From: Gemmatimonadales bacterium
GTDB taxonomy: Bacteria; Gemmatimonadota; Gemmatimonadetes; Gemmatimonadales; GWC2-71-9
Direction: 5' to 3'
Assembly (NCBI GenBank): GCA_041615815.1
Contig: JBFJCP010000047.1
Span: 1 to 22,984, forward strand
Length of the DNA stretch: 22,984 nt
Below are positions 1 to 8,750 of this stretch, in pieces (the first letter of the stretch is position 1; the number at the start of each line of letters is the position of its first letter). The notes under the pieces are model-generated. The model saw only the letters and a list, made by a program, of their open reading frames with translations, was not told the origin of the DNA and made no database searches. A program made the translations under genes and the position numbers.

Positions 1-540
1 AGAAGGGTATTCAAGGTCGGTCGATTTGCATCGGAGGGGATTCGGCTGATAGCGGAGAACGGTGATCCCTCGACCGCCGTGGCCGAGTTGGACGGAAGCC
101 CCGGGATCGCCGCGGTCGTGGCGACGGCAGCGCCCGTCGGCTGTGTGGGTTGCCCCGGCCCCTTTGCTTCGACGCAGACGCTCGAGATCAGCGCCTACGG
201 ACCCGCGACTCACCTCTCGCTCTCCGTCATGTTGATCTGCACGAACGATGGATTCGTGGGACTCGACGCGGTGCGGCTACCGCGCGGGCACAAGACGGCG
301 ACCTACTATGCCGTGGGGTACGATGCCGGAACCGAGAAGAACGACGAGCTGTGGACGAGCATCGTGGATCCCTGTGGGGCCATTGGGCCCGTTGCGGGAC
401 CGCTGGACGGGACCAACGATCGGCCGGTTACCCACCGGCGGATCAAGAAGCACCCCGGCATTCGGGGCATTGGAGATCTCGGTCTTGCCCACCGCTGGAA
501 GAACCCGGTGGCCAAGGTGACGGTGCGACAGGTGCAATAG
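1..540 (+). CDS. hypothetical protein, probably 5'-truncated by the window edge
   Basis: Frame 1 is open from nt 1 with no stop before the internal GTG at 79; stop at 538-540. The translation is Gly/Pro-rich at the N-terminus and mixed hydrophobic/charged later (TNDGFVGLDAVRL...YYAVGYDAGTEKNDELW). No family recognised with confidence; a spondin_N-like fold is only a guess. Confidence 0.35.
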   Translation, partial: RRVFKVGRFASEGIRLIAENGDPSTAVAELDGSPGIAAVVATAAPVGCVGCPGPFASTQTLEISAYGPATHLSLSVMLICTNDGFVGLDAVRLPRGHKTATYYAVGYDAGTEKNDELWTSIVDPCGAIGPVAGPLDGTNDRPVTHRRIKKHPGIRGIGDLGLAHRWKNPVAKVTVRQVQ

Positions 541-597
541 TTCGGAAGGTTGGAAGGCGGAGTCGTTCCGACTTTCCAACTACTGACCTACTCACCT

Positions 598-1330
598 CGT
601 TCAGCCGATTGGCGAGAGTTGTTTAGCCAGCTCGGCGGCCGTTTGTATTCGATCGTCGGGGCGTTTGGCGAGGAGCCGCGCGACCAGGGAGGAGAGCGCC
701 GGCGGTACGTCCGGATTGAGTGCCGTCGGCGGCGCGGGCTCGTCGTGCAGGAGTTTGGCGATCAGCGAGACGGCAGACGGTGCCTCGAACGGCAGCTTCC
801 CCGTGAGACACTCGTAGAGCACCACACCGGCGGCGTACAGATCCGTCCGGGCGTCCACCTCCTCGGCGGTCACCTGTTCCGGCGACATGTACGCCGGCGT
901 CCCGACAACGAGCCCGACCTCCGTCAGGGGGCTGGCCCGTTCGGCGAGCCGTGCGACGCCAAAGTCCATGACCTTGAGCACGCCGTCGGCATCCAGGAGC
1001 AGGTTGTGGAGCGAAGTCGCCGGCGGTGGCTTTCAGTTCAGGCTCGAAGGACGTGGTACCCGCAAGCAACACCCCGACGGCGTCGAAGCCGAACGCGTCG
1101 TGCCGGAGCCCCTGGGCAACGCTTTTGCAGATTGCGTTCTCGTCCTGCGCCTCGGCGACGCGCGTGCTCAGGCCGAGCAGCGCGGAGCGGAGGCCGGAGG
1201 GATCGGTGTCGCGTGCTAACGACGGCGCTACCGGGCGCGGTCGCTCGCTCACAAAGCGGTGGGTGTGGTGAGGGTGACCGCGTGTCGTGCGCCGTGCCGC
1301 GACCCATGGGAGTTCTTCGGCATGGCTCAA
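598..1330 (-). pseudogene. chimeric remnant: GAF-like N-terminal fragment (frame of ORF 623..1330) fused out of frame to the C-lobe of a Ser/Thr kinase (frame of ORF 601..981)
   Basis: ORF 601..981(-) encodes kinase subdomains VII-XI only (VLKVMDFGVARL, GTPAYMSPEQ, DLYAAGVVLYECLTGKLPF). In that frame the residues upstream read KPPPATSLHNLLLDADG and are preceded by a TGA. There is no HRD motif, no VAIK motif and no Gly loop. ORF 623..1330(-) in another frame reads like the start of a GAF domain (LRSALLGLSTRVAEAQDENAICKSVAQGLRHDAFGFDAVGVLLAG) and then runs across the kinase region as unrelated sequence. Confidence 0.45.
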
Positions 1331-1606
1331 GCTCGTTGTCGGCTAGGGCTTTTTAGAATACCGGCGGATGGGCCACTCGGCTAGGGGACGGAGGGTGTTG
1401 TCCCGGCGCTACATGGCGCAGGTAGCGAGCGGGCACTGCACGCGGGCCCCGTGACTCGGACGCGGGAATCGACATCGATGTTCGGGACTCCCGAGAAGCG
1501 AGCGTTTCGCGGCCTAGCAGTGCGATCACGAGCGCAACGCGGACGGAGCGCTTTGGGACCTCCCGGTGTTCCTGCCCCATGTTGCCATTCAGGCGTCGTG
1601 GTGATT

Positions 1607-3166
1607 TCAAGACCTCTCGTGTGCAGCCAGGGCAATCGTGGGTCTTCCTCTCCGATAGCGACGGGTGATGCCGGCGGCAATCCGTTCCGCGTTGGCCAGA
1701 ATGGTGAGGCTCGTGTTGACGGCCAGCGAGGTGGGAATGGCGGCGCCATCCGACACGTACATCCCGGGATACCCAAACACCTCTCCCCCGGCGTCGACCA
1801 CACCGCGACTCGGTGTATCCGCCATGCGGCACGACCCTACCTGGTGGGCCGTCGAGAAATGCGGGTCAGAGTATGGGGCACCCTCACGGTTCACGAACTC
1901 GGCGGTGACGAGACGGCAACCATTGCGGGTGAGAATCGAATGGAGTAGCCGCTTCGTTTCCTCATAGTAGTGCCGCAAGCCATCGGTCAGCTCGAGCCGG
2001 AGATCCAGTCGGCGGGAGACCGCCGACATCACGCCAAGTGGCGGCGTCATGCCGAACGCGGCGAGCACGATCATGCGCCGGCGGTATTGCTTCATCAGCT
2101 CCACGTGCGGACCACCCCAATACGCGGGGGTTCGGTCGTCCCCATCCAAACGAAGGCGCGCCGAGGCCACGGCTTGTAGTGGCAAAGGCTTTGCCGCGGT
2201 CACCATGAGGCCATGGGACTCGAGGAACTCGTAGCTCACCATTCCCGGATGCGACCGTCCGGCGAACATGTCTCCGTCTGGAAACGACGACGGCAGGAGG
2301 CCCGCCACCTTGACGCTCCCGTTGAACGCGATGTTGCGCCCCACCTGGTCACTCAGCCGCGAAAGCGCACGCCTCGAATCGAGGAGGAGCCGCGCGGTCC
2401 CGACCGTACCCCCACCAAGGATCAGGAGCTTGGCTCGGTGGCGAACCATCTCGCGACTGCCGTCTCGGCGCCTGCACACGACGTCGTAGCGATAGGGCAG
2501 CCTGTTCACCGGACCGGCTGCGGGGGTATTCCGCACGTCGCCCACGGTGTCGATCGAGATCGCCTCCACGTCCGACTGCACGGTAGCTCCCGCCTTCACG
2601 GCCTGCGGCAGGTAATTGAGCAGAAGCGATTGCTTGGCGCCGTAGATACAGCCCGTGACGCAGAATCCGCTGCCCAGGCATCCGCGTACGGCATAGCGTG
2701 CGCGCTCGCAGCTGTAACCCAGGTTCTTCATCAGAAGCGAGAAGACGAGCCCACTCTTGGGCACGAGCTGCGGATCGATCTGCTCCACGTGGAGCATGCG
2801 ATCCGCCATGTCATAATGGGGATCGAGCGCCCGTCGGTCCACGCTCGACGGCCACAGCCGGCGACCGGCATCGTCCACCTGGTCGAAGGCTTTGGACGGC
2901 GCGCGCAACGAGACCATCTCGTAGAACCCGGACCCGCCACCCAGCGCCTCGGCATACGTCAAGCTCAGGTTCTCTCCGGCTAGACTTCTGAGGTACGTGA
3001 GCAGGTACTTGGGGTCCTGCGTTTGCCTGAAGCTCGTGTAGGGATCGAGGTGCGGGCCTTTCTCGATGATCACGACCCGGAAACCGGTTTGCGCGAGCCG
3101 AAGCGCCGGCGCCGCCGCGCCAAATCCCGATCCCACAACCAACACGTCGCTCGTAACCGTCTGCAT
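1607..3166 (-). CDS. GMC-family FAD-dependent oxidoreductase (choline dehydrogenase / cholesterol oxidase-like)
   Basis: N-terminal Rossmann motif DVLVVGSGFGAAAPALRLAQTGFRVVIIEKG. C-terminal GMC signature region HQVGSCRMADTPSRGVVDAGGEVFGYPGMYVSDGAAIPTSLAVNTSLTILANAERIA. ATG at 3166 preceded by GGGAGGGG; 519 aa. Confidence 0.9.
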   Translation of the reverse strand: MQTVTSDVLVVGSGFGAAAPALRLAQTGFRVVIIEKGPHLDPYTSFRQTQDPKYLLTYLRSLAGENLSLTYAEALGGGSGFYEMVSLRAPSKAFDQVDDAGRRLWPSSVDRRALDPHYDMADRMLHVEQIDPQLVPKSGLVFSLLMKNLGYSCERARYAVRGCLGSGFCVTGCIYGAKQSLLLNYLPQAVKAGATVQSDVEAISIDTVGDVRNTPAAGPVNRLPYRYDVVCRRRDGSREMVRHRAKLLILGGGTVGTARLLLDSRRALSRLSDQVGRNIAFNGSVKVAGLLPSSFPDGDMFAGRSHPGMVSYEFLESHGLMVTAAKPLPLQAVASARLRLDGDDRTPAYWGGPHVELMKQYRRRMIVLAAFGMTPPLGVMSAVSRRLDLRLELTDGLRHYYEETKRLLHSILTRNGCRLVTAEFVNREGAPYSDPHFSTAHQVGSCRMADTPSRGVVDAGGEVFGYPGMYVSDGAAIPTSLAVNTSLTILANAERIAAGITRRYRRGRPTIALAAHERS

Positions 3167-3182
3167 GAGCCCCTCCCTCGAG

Positions 3183-3737
3183 CTAGGCAGGATTGCCGTC
3201 GCCCGAGATGCTATGAGGCAGGAATCGCTCCGGATTGGGGTACGCCATCGCCTTTCGATCTTGAGGGCGATAGCGACCGTCGAAATCGATCAATGGGCAG
3301 CCGCGGTCCGGGTCGTAGATCCCCGCGTAGACCGCGATCTGCGTCAGAAACACGGCGCCCGTGTACACCCGACCAGTCGTGCCGCCCTCAGCGAGGCCCT
3401 CGGCCACTATTTTCGTGCGCTGTTGGATGGACAGCCGCTCGAAATCGAAGCTCGAGTAGTGGCGCATGGTCCGGTTACACAAATCGGACGCGAAGAATCC
3501 CCGGCACTTGGCGAGTGGGTAGTAGCTGTCGTAGAACGGGCGCACGAGATCCGGCTCATCGATGCGGACCCCTGGTACGACGGTCTCCACGAATGCCCGC
3601 AGGATCCGGTCTACCCGCTCGGACTGTTCGTCGAACTCTTCTGGGTAGAGACGCATGGCGATACGCAGCGGTGTGCAGGCGACGCTGCAGCTGGCAGCGA
3701 GGACCGCCAGACCCTTGAGCGCAGCGCGGCGTGACAT
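3183..3737 (-). CDS. Tat-exported small subunit of a flavoprotein dehydrogenase (gluconate 2-dehydrogenase subunit 3 family)
   Basis: Twin-arginine signal MSRRAALKGLAVLAASCSVA; about 185 aa; lies 13 nt upstream of the GMC oxidoreductase start, the usual pairing for this family. Start taken at the internal ATG (3737) that places SRR at the N-terminus; the ORF track's longer start at 3773 is the alternative. Confidence 0.7.
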   Translation of the reverse strand: MSRRAALKGLAVLAASCSVACTPLRIAMRLYPEEFDEQSERVDRILRAFVETVVPGVRIDEPDLVRPFYDSYYPLAKCRGFFASDLCNRTMRHYSSFDFERLSIQQRTKIVAEGLAEGGTTGRVYTGAVFLTQIAVYAGIYDPDRGCPLIDFDGRYRPQDRKAMAYPNPERFLPHSISGDGNPA

Positions 3738-3841
3738 CGTTTGTCGTGTGTCGCTGCGAACCTGGTGGGGCATGGGACCCTCCCGTGACTGCCAGCAGTG
3801 TCACAGGAGAGGCGCAAGAGAACGTCAAGGGTGGGATGATG

Positions 3842-5734
3842 CTAGCTGACGGCGCGGAGGATGCGCTCCTTTTGCCCGGTCGTCAGCATGTCACGGGCAA
3901 TGACGTCACGGACAATTCGTGCCACGAATGCGTAACCACGGGCATCGGCGGAGAGCCAGCGCTGCCATTCCAGTTCGTCGAGCGCGGCGGCAAGCGTGCC
4001 CGGGTCGAGACCGAGAGCAGCGGCGAGCAGCTGTTCCGATACCGGTTCCGGCAGCACGCTGGTGCCCGCGAGTACCTGCTGCGCCGGCTGGCTCAATCGG
4101 CGAAACCCGACCCGGATGGCGGCGATGATGGCGTCGGGAAGGTCGCCGGGCATTGTTTGGGAAAGGGTATGAAAGGGCGCCGGCCAGACGCCGGGCACGT
4201 GCTCGAGCTCGAGGCCCAACGCCACGGCGTGGAGCAACTCGACCGCGAGGAGCGGGATGCCGGCCGAATCGGCGTGCACCCGGCGGGCAACGCGATCGAT
4301 CTGATCTTCGTCACTGGTGGGAAGCGCCCAGGTGGCCAGGCGCCGTAGCGCCGTCTCATCGAGAGGGCCAGGCCGCACCGTCACCCCAGCAACGTCTCGG
4401 CCAATCAAACTGCGCAAATCATCCAGTTCGGTCCGCGATGGGTGCGGTTCGAGCGCAAACCCGACCGCGAGAGGTCGCGTTGCCACATCGCGTGTGAGGG
4501 CGACGAGCCCCAAGAGGGACTCGCGATCAGACCACTGGGCGTCGTCGAGGAGCAGCACGACCGGATGTTCATCGGCGATGACCCCGACAATCCGACTCAG
4601 CGCCGCGTCGAGCGGCATCGGTGTGTTCTTGGGAGCGCCGAACCGATCCGTCCAATCGGGAAGCCGGTGGGTGAAGGCGGCGAGGGCTTCCGGCGGTGCC
4701 GCCGCCACTCCTGGGGCGTTCGCGAGCCCCTCTGCGATGCCGAGGATGGCACTAAAGGGTCTCTGGCGATCTGCTTCGACCCCCCGCACGGTCGCGACGA
4801 TGGCTCCGGCGAGGCGGGCGCGCGCCTCGAACTCTTCGGCCAATCGGGTTTTCCCAATTCCCGCGTCGGCCACGATCAACAAGGTCAGTGCTCGACGATC
4901 GTTCACGCTTTCGTGCCAAGATTCGAGCAATCGTTCGAGCTCTTGTTCACGCCCCACCAGCGGCGCTCGTCGCAGCTGCGCTCCCGACCGCTCGTCCCGC
5001 GGCACCGATGCGGGGAGGTTCCACGTACGTTGGGCTCGCACGCGCGTGGCCAGGGCGGTGGTTTCGTGGTTCGGTTGCAGATCCAGATCGCCCAAACGCT
5101 GGGTGAACTGGTCGAAACACGTCAGCGCCACCGCCCGCTCGCCCAACAAGGCGTGCGCTCGCATCGCGCGTTGCACAGCCCGATTCGACGTCGGGTCGAG
5201 CGCGATCGCTCGGAGCGCCGTTGCGGCAGCCTCGTGCACCTGACCTCGGGCGATCGATAGGTCGCAGGATGCGACAACGGCTCCAACGCTCTTGCTTCGC
5301 CAACGGGTGCGCTCGACGGCAAGCCAGTCTTCGAACGGTGAGGCATCGGGAACCGTGAACCCTTCCATGAACTCCCCATCGACCAGGGCCGCGGCAGCGT
5401 CGAGGTCTCCGCGGGATTCCAGCGCCTCGAACTGGTCCGTGTCGAGCGTCACGGCAGCGGGATCGAGCGCAATGGTTCGGCTGTCGGCGTGCACGCCGGG
5501 ATCGCCGAGGCTGCGACGGAGCACCCGAACCGCTTCGCGCAGCGATTGTCGCGCGGCACTGTCTGGTTTGTCGCCCCACAGCAATGCGGTGAGGTGTTCT
5601 CGGGTGCGCGATCGTTCCGGTGAACGCGCCAAGTAGACCAACAGGGCAAGGTGCTTGCGCCAGAGCAATGCGGGCGGTGGTGGGGCGCCATCGATGGTCA
5701 CCAGCGGTGGGCCAAGCGTTCGACAAAAAATCAC
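3842..5734 (-). CDS. AfsR/SARP-family transcriptional regulator: OmpR-type winged-helix DNA-binding domain, BTAD, and NB-ARC/AAA ATPase
   Basis: N-terminal wHTH (LWRKHLALLVYLARSPERSRTREHLTALLWGD...SLREAVRVLRRSL) and a BTAD region. Walker A LLIVADAGIGKTRL and Walker B VVLLLDDAQWSD. No C-terminal TPR domain. The GTG start overlaps the upstream kinase stop (GTGA). Confidence 0.8.
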   Translation of the reverse strand: MIFCRTLGPPLVTIDGAPPPPALLWRKHLALLVYLARSPERSRTREHLTALLWGDKPDSAARQSLREAVRVLRRSLGDPGVHADSRTIALDPAAVTLDTDQFEALESRGDLDAAAALVDGEFMEGFTVPDASPFEDWLAVERTRWRSKSVGAVVASCDLSIARGQVHEAAATALRAIALDPTSNRAVQRAMRAHALLGERAVALTCFDQFTQRLGDLDLQPNHETTALATRVRAQRTWNLPASVPRDERSGAQLRRAPLVGREQELERLLESWHESVNDRRALTLLIVADAGIGKTRLAEEFEARARLAGAIVATVRGVEADRQRPFSAILGIAEGLANAPGVAAAPPEALAAFTHRLPDWTDRFGAPKNTPMPLDAALSRIVGVIADEHPVVLLLDDAQWSDRESLLGLVALTRDVATRPLAVGFALEPHPSRTELDDLRSLIGRDVAGVTVRPGPLDETALRRLATWALPTSDEDQIDRVARRVHADSAGIPLLAVELLHAVALGLELEHVPGVWPAPFHTLSQTMPGDLPDAIIAAIRVGFRRLSQPAQQVLAGTSVLPEPVSEQLLAAALGLDPGTLAAALDELEWQRWLSADARGYAFVARIVRDVIARDMLTTGQKERILRAVS

Positions 5735-8556
5735 GGAGGACAGGCGTCACGAATGTATTCGCGCGCGCGGCTCGCCAGCGGCCCGTAGTCGGAGTCGGCC
5801 TCTGCCCAGAATTCGAGCACGCGCCGAAAATGTCCGCATGCGCTGTTCCGTTTTTGCCGCACGTCCCGCGAACCACGCTGCCACATGGCATAGGTCCCGA
5901 GAGCCCAGTCGATCTCCGCTGCTTGGGCATGGCCACTCGGCATCCCGATGAAGTCGAAGTGCTCGTACCAACGTTGCGCGGAGTCGGCCGCCACCGACCG
6001 CCCGAGACTGTCGAGCCATTCCGCCCGTTTCATGTGCGCGACGGCGCGTGCGAAGGGATCGCCGGCCTGGCCTGCCGAGTCCAACGCGATGACCGATGCG
6101 CTGCGGTCGAGCGCGGCCTGGAATCGCTTACGCATGCCGTCCCTCACGGCTTCCAACAGGGTCGCGAGCGAGGCGGCCTCGGCATCGCCTGACCGACGGA
6201 TCGTCTCGATCGCTTGCGCCAGCGTGACGGTGTCGCCGCCCTCGGCCGCGTCGAGTCCGAGGGTCCACGCCGCGCGTGTTCCCACAGCCGTATCCGCCAC
6301 TCGACCTTCCAGAGCGCTGCGCGCCTGCGCGCGTTGGGCAGGGGAAACTCCCGGGACCCCCAAAACGGGGAGGATCAAGTACCATTGGGCCGCTTGCAGA
6401 GACGCGTCGTCAGAACCGAGGATCGTGGCGGCCCGGTGCAATCGATCCAAGGCTTCACCCACGCGCCCCAGCGCAACCAGGGCCAGCGCTTGGGCCACGT
6501 AGACGCTGCCGAGCGTCTCGGAATCCTCAGCGGCGAGTGGTTCGAGCATCTGCCCGAGGGCCAGCTGGGTGTGCGGCAACCCGAGCATCGCGGCGAGTCG
6601 AAACGCATTGATCAGCATGCCGGCGAGCTGGGGATCGCCGGCAACCTCCCGCCGGGCACCCTCTGCTCTTTCGGGTTCGAAACGCTCCACGTACGCCAGC
6701 TTTAGGAGCCCGGGCGTAAAGATATCGACCTCCTCTGGCCCGGCCGCCACCTGCTGGAGACGTGCGAGCCAGCGCGCGGATGCATCGCGATTACCCACCC
6801 GCAAATTGGCCCAGATCAAGTGATCGAGCGCAGGTCCGAGCGACGAATCCTTGGTGACGGCAGCCGCAAGCGCACCGATGGCGGTGTCCACAGAAAGACC
6901 GATGAAGGCGCCGCGGTGGAGCAGCTCATCGGCGTACAGGAACGCCGCGTACCCGTGCAGCGGATAGCGTTCGAGGGTCTCCTCGTAGCGTCGGAGGCGT
7001 GCACCCAGCGTCGGCTCGAGCTGTGCATCGATCAGTCGGCGATCGAGGTCCAGGAGGGCAGACCTCTTTGATTCAACCAATTGCCGGAGATCGACCTCCG
7101 GGGAGGGGCTCCCCGTCCTCAACCAACGCCATGCGTTGGACAGCCCCCAGGCAGCCAGGGCAAAACTGGAGTCGATAGCGAACGCATCCCGATAGTGGCG
7201 CACGGCCGTACGCCAGGCGTTGCGATGAAATGCGGCCTCGCCGTCCACGAACGCGGCTAGCGCCGACTCCGGAAGGTCGCTGAGCACACCGCCCACGGGA
7301 TACCGCTCAACGTCATTGGGCGAGATGATGCGGACAGCGTTCAGGCCGATGCGTTCGGCTGTCTCCCCGCGCGTCGTCACCTGAACCGTTCCTGCGGAGT
7401 CGACTCGGCCGTTCCTCCGGACCACCTCGACATCGACGGCCACTGCGGAACCGGACCGCACCAACCGACCCACCACGGCATTTCTGGTGTGCAGCTGGAC
7501 GAGGTCCGCCTTGTCGATTCGTTTCCCGGAACCATCGTTTTCCTGATGCCACTGACGGACCAAATCCGGCGGTGTCACCCCCTCGTTGAAGAACTCGCGC
7601 AGATAGATCTCAGCCAGCATGGAGAGGCTGCGGGCCAACGCCGAATCTTCCGGCGACGACGCCGAGAATGGGAGCACCGCGACATCGGTCGTAGCTCGCG
7701 TGGGCCGGAGCAACAGCGACGCCGCAATGGCGCCGACGGTCAGCCCCGCGATGGTCAGCAGCAGCGTGCGTCTTCGGTATCGTCTCGTGCGAGTCTTCCA
7801 GAGCTTCCGGCGAAACGTCGCGGCATCCGGCCATCGCTGATCGGCTTCGAGCGCCAACGCGCGTTTCAGAATCGGCACGATACTTCGCGGAATACCGGTC
7901 CAGTCCGGTTGATGCCAGCCCGTCCAGCGACGCCCGGTGAACGCCTCGCACAAAACGATCCCCACGGCGTACAGATCGGCACGGGGCGTTATGTCTTCGC
8001 CAGCCACCTGTTCAGGCGCCATGTACCCCAAGGTGCCAGCCCGGTCGGCGCTCGTGGAGGACGCGATTTCGGGCGATGGCCGTGCGAGTCCGAAGTCGGC
8101 GAGGACGGCACGGCCTTGGATGAGGTAGACGTTCCCAGGTTTGATATCGCGATGGATCACGCCGAGCCGGTGGACGGCTTCGAGGGCGTCCAGCAAATCC
8201 CGACCTAGCTTGCGAGCGCTCGCAACGGACAGTTTCCCGCGTTTGAGGCGGTCGGCGAGCGTCGCTCCCTCGTAGTAGTCCATGACGTAGTAGAAGAGGC
8301 CATCCGCCTCACCCGCACGGTGTACGGGCATGACGTTGGGATGATTCAGCGTGGCGAGGATGCGTGCTTCACGGAGGAATCGATGCGCGGCGCGCTCGGT
8401 CGCGAGCTCTGGACGGATGATCTTGACGGCGACGGGCCTGCGAAGGGTGACTTCTCGAGCGAGAAAGACAATGCCCATTCCACCTCCGGCGAGCTCACGC
8501 TCGACCTCGTAGTCGGGCCGGAGGGCGTCACGCAGACGCTCGAGCAGTGTAGGCAT
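5731..8556 (-). CDS. membrane Ser/Thr protein kinase with extracytoplasmic VAVLPF/TPR-like sensor domain (paralogue of 18246..21164)
   Basis: Gly loop LAGGGMGIVFLA, VAVKII, HRDIKPGNVYL, DFGLAR, GTLGYMAPEQ. One TM helix (LLLTIAGLTVGAIAASLLL), then a roughly 600-aa domain that starts TDVAVLPFSASS and is rich in helical-repeat-like sequence. Start set at the internal ATG (MPTLLERLRDAL) 12 aa before the Gly loop, with AAGG upstream; the track's longer start at 8670 is less likely. Confidence 0.85.
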   Translation of the reverse strand: MPTLLERLRDALRPDYEVERELAGGGMGIVFLAREVTLRRPVAVKIIRPELATERAAHRFLREARILATLNHPNVMPVHRAGEADGLFYYVMDYYEGATLADRLKRGKLSVASARKLGRDLLDALEAVHRLGVIHRDIKPGNVYLIQGRAVLADFGLARPSPEIASSTSADRAGTLGYMAPEQVAGEDITPRADLYAVGIVLCEAFTGRRWTGWHQPDWTGIPRSIVPILKRALALEADQRWPDAATFRRKLWKTRTRRYRRRTLLLTIAGLTVGAIAASLLLRPTRATTDVAVLPFSASSPEDSALARSLSMLAEIYLREFFNEGVTPPDLVRQWHQENDGSGKRIDKADLVQLHTRNAVVGRLVRSGSAVAVDVEVVRRNGRVDSAGTVQVTTRGETAERIGLNAVRIISPNDVERYPVGGVLSDLPESALAAFVDGEAAFHRNAWRTAVRHYRDAFAIDSSFALAAWGLSNAWRWLRTGSPSPEVDLRQLVESKRSALLDLDRRLIDAQLEPTLGARLRRYEETLERYPLHGYAAFLYADELLHRGAFIGLSVDTAIGALAAAVTKDSSLGPALDHLIWANLRVGNRDASARWLARLQQVAAGPEEVDIFTPGLLKLAYVERFEPERAEGARREVAGDPQLAGMLINAFRLAAMLGLPHTQLALGQMLEPLAAEDSETLGSVYVAQALALVALGRVGEALDRLHRAATILGSDDASLQAAQWYLILPVLGVPGVSPAQRAQARSALEGRVADTAVGTRAAWTLGLDAAEGGDTVTLAQAIETIRRSGDAEAASLATLLEAVRDGMRKRFQAALDRSASVIALDSAGQAGDPFARAVAHMKRAEWLDSLGRSVAADSAQRWYEHFDFIGMPSGHAQAAEIDWALGTYAMWQRGSRDVRQKRNSACGHFRRVLEFWAEADSDYGPLASRAREYIRDACPP

Positions 8557-8640
8557 ACCGTAGCCTTCAAGGGGCGCTGGGCAATCCCCATGTGATGCAA
8601 GCGTAGGGGTTCTGGAATGGGCGGTCAAGGAGGCGCGCGC

Positions 8641-8680
8641 GTTGATCTCACGGTCGCTGGGATTGATCACTTGTTGATCC
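8641..8680. promoter_or_regulatory. three direct TTGATC repeats phased 21 and 11 bp apart, in the 195-bp gap between flotillin and kinase genes
   Basis: The string gTTGATCtcacggtcgctgggaTTGATCacttgTTGATCc is read directly. The spacing puts all three on one face of the helix. Confidence 0.25.
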
Positions 8681-8750
8681 AGCGTGCCGAGGAGATTCTG
8701 GCAATGATTCCGGGTGAGCGGCGTGACGCTGAAGCTCCGCCGGCCGCTCC

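Noticed and set aside
550-1356. 268-aa plus-strand ORF
   Set aside because: It is the antisense of the kinase C-lobe remnant (VEHHTGGVQIRPGVHLLGGHLFRRHV is the typical mirror of kinase motifs) and is Arg-rich, as expected for GC-rich non-coding frames.
2213-2983. 256-aa plus-strand ORF and several others (1451..1948, 3023..3734, 3731..4348, 4317..5243, 4442..5260, 5620..6192, 7489..8208)
   Set aside because: All lie antisense or out of frame to strongly supported genes (GMC oxidoreductase, SARP, kinase 1). Compositions are Arg/Ala/Pro-rich with no motifs, which is the typical high-GC frame artefact.
3785-3828. Candidate internal promoter (TTGACG on the minus strand at 3828-3823) for the Tat-subunit/GMC genes
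   Set aside because: No acceptable -10 hexamer lies at 16-19-nt spacing. Only the imperfect palindrome at 3785-3804 is retained, as part of the kinase-SARP finding.
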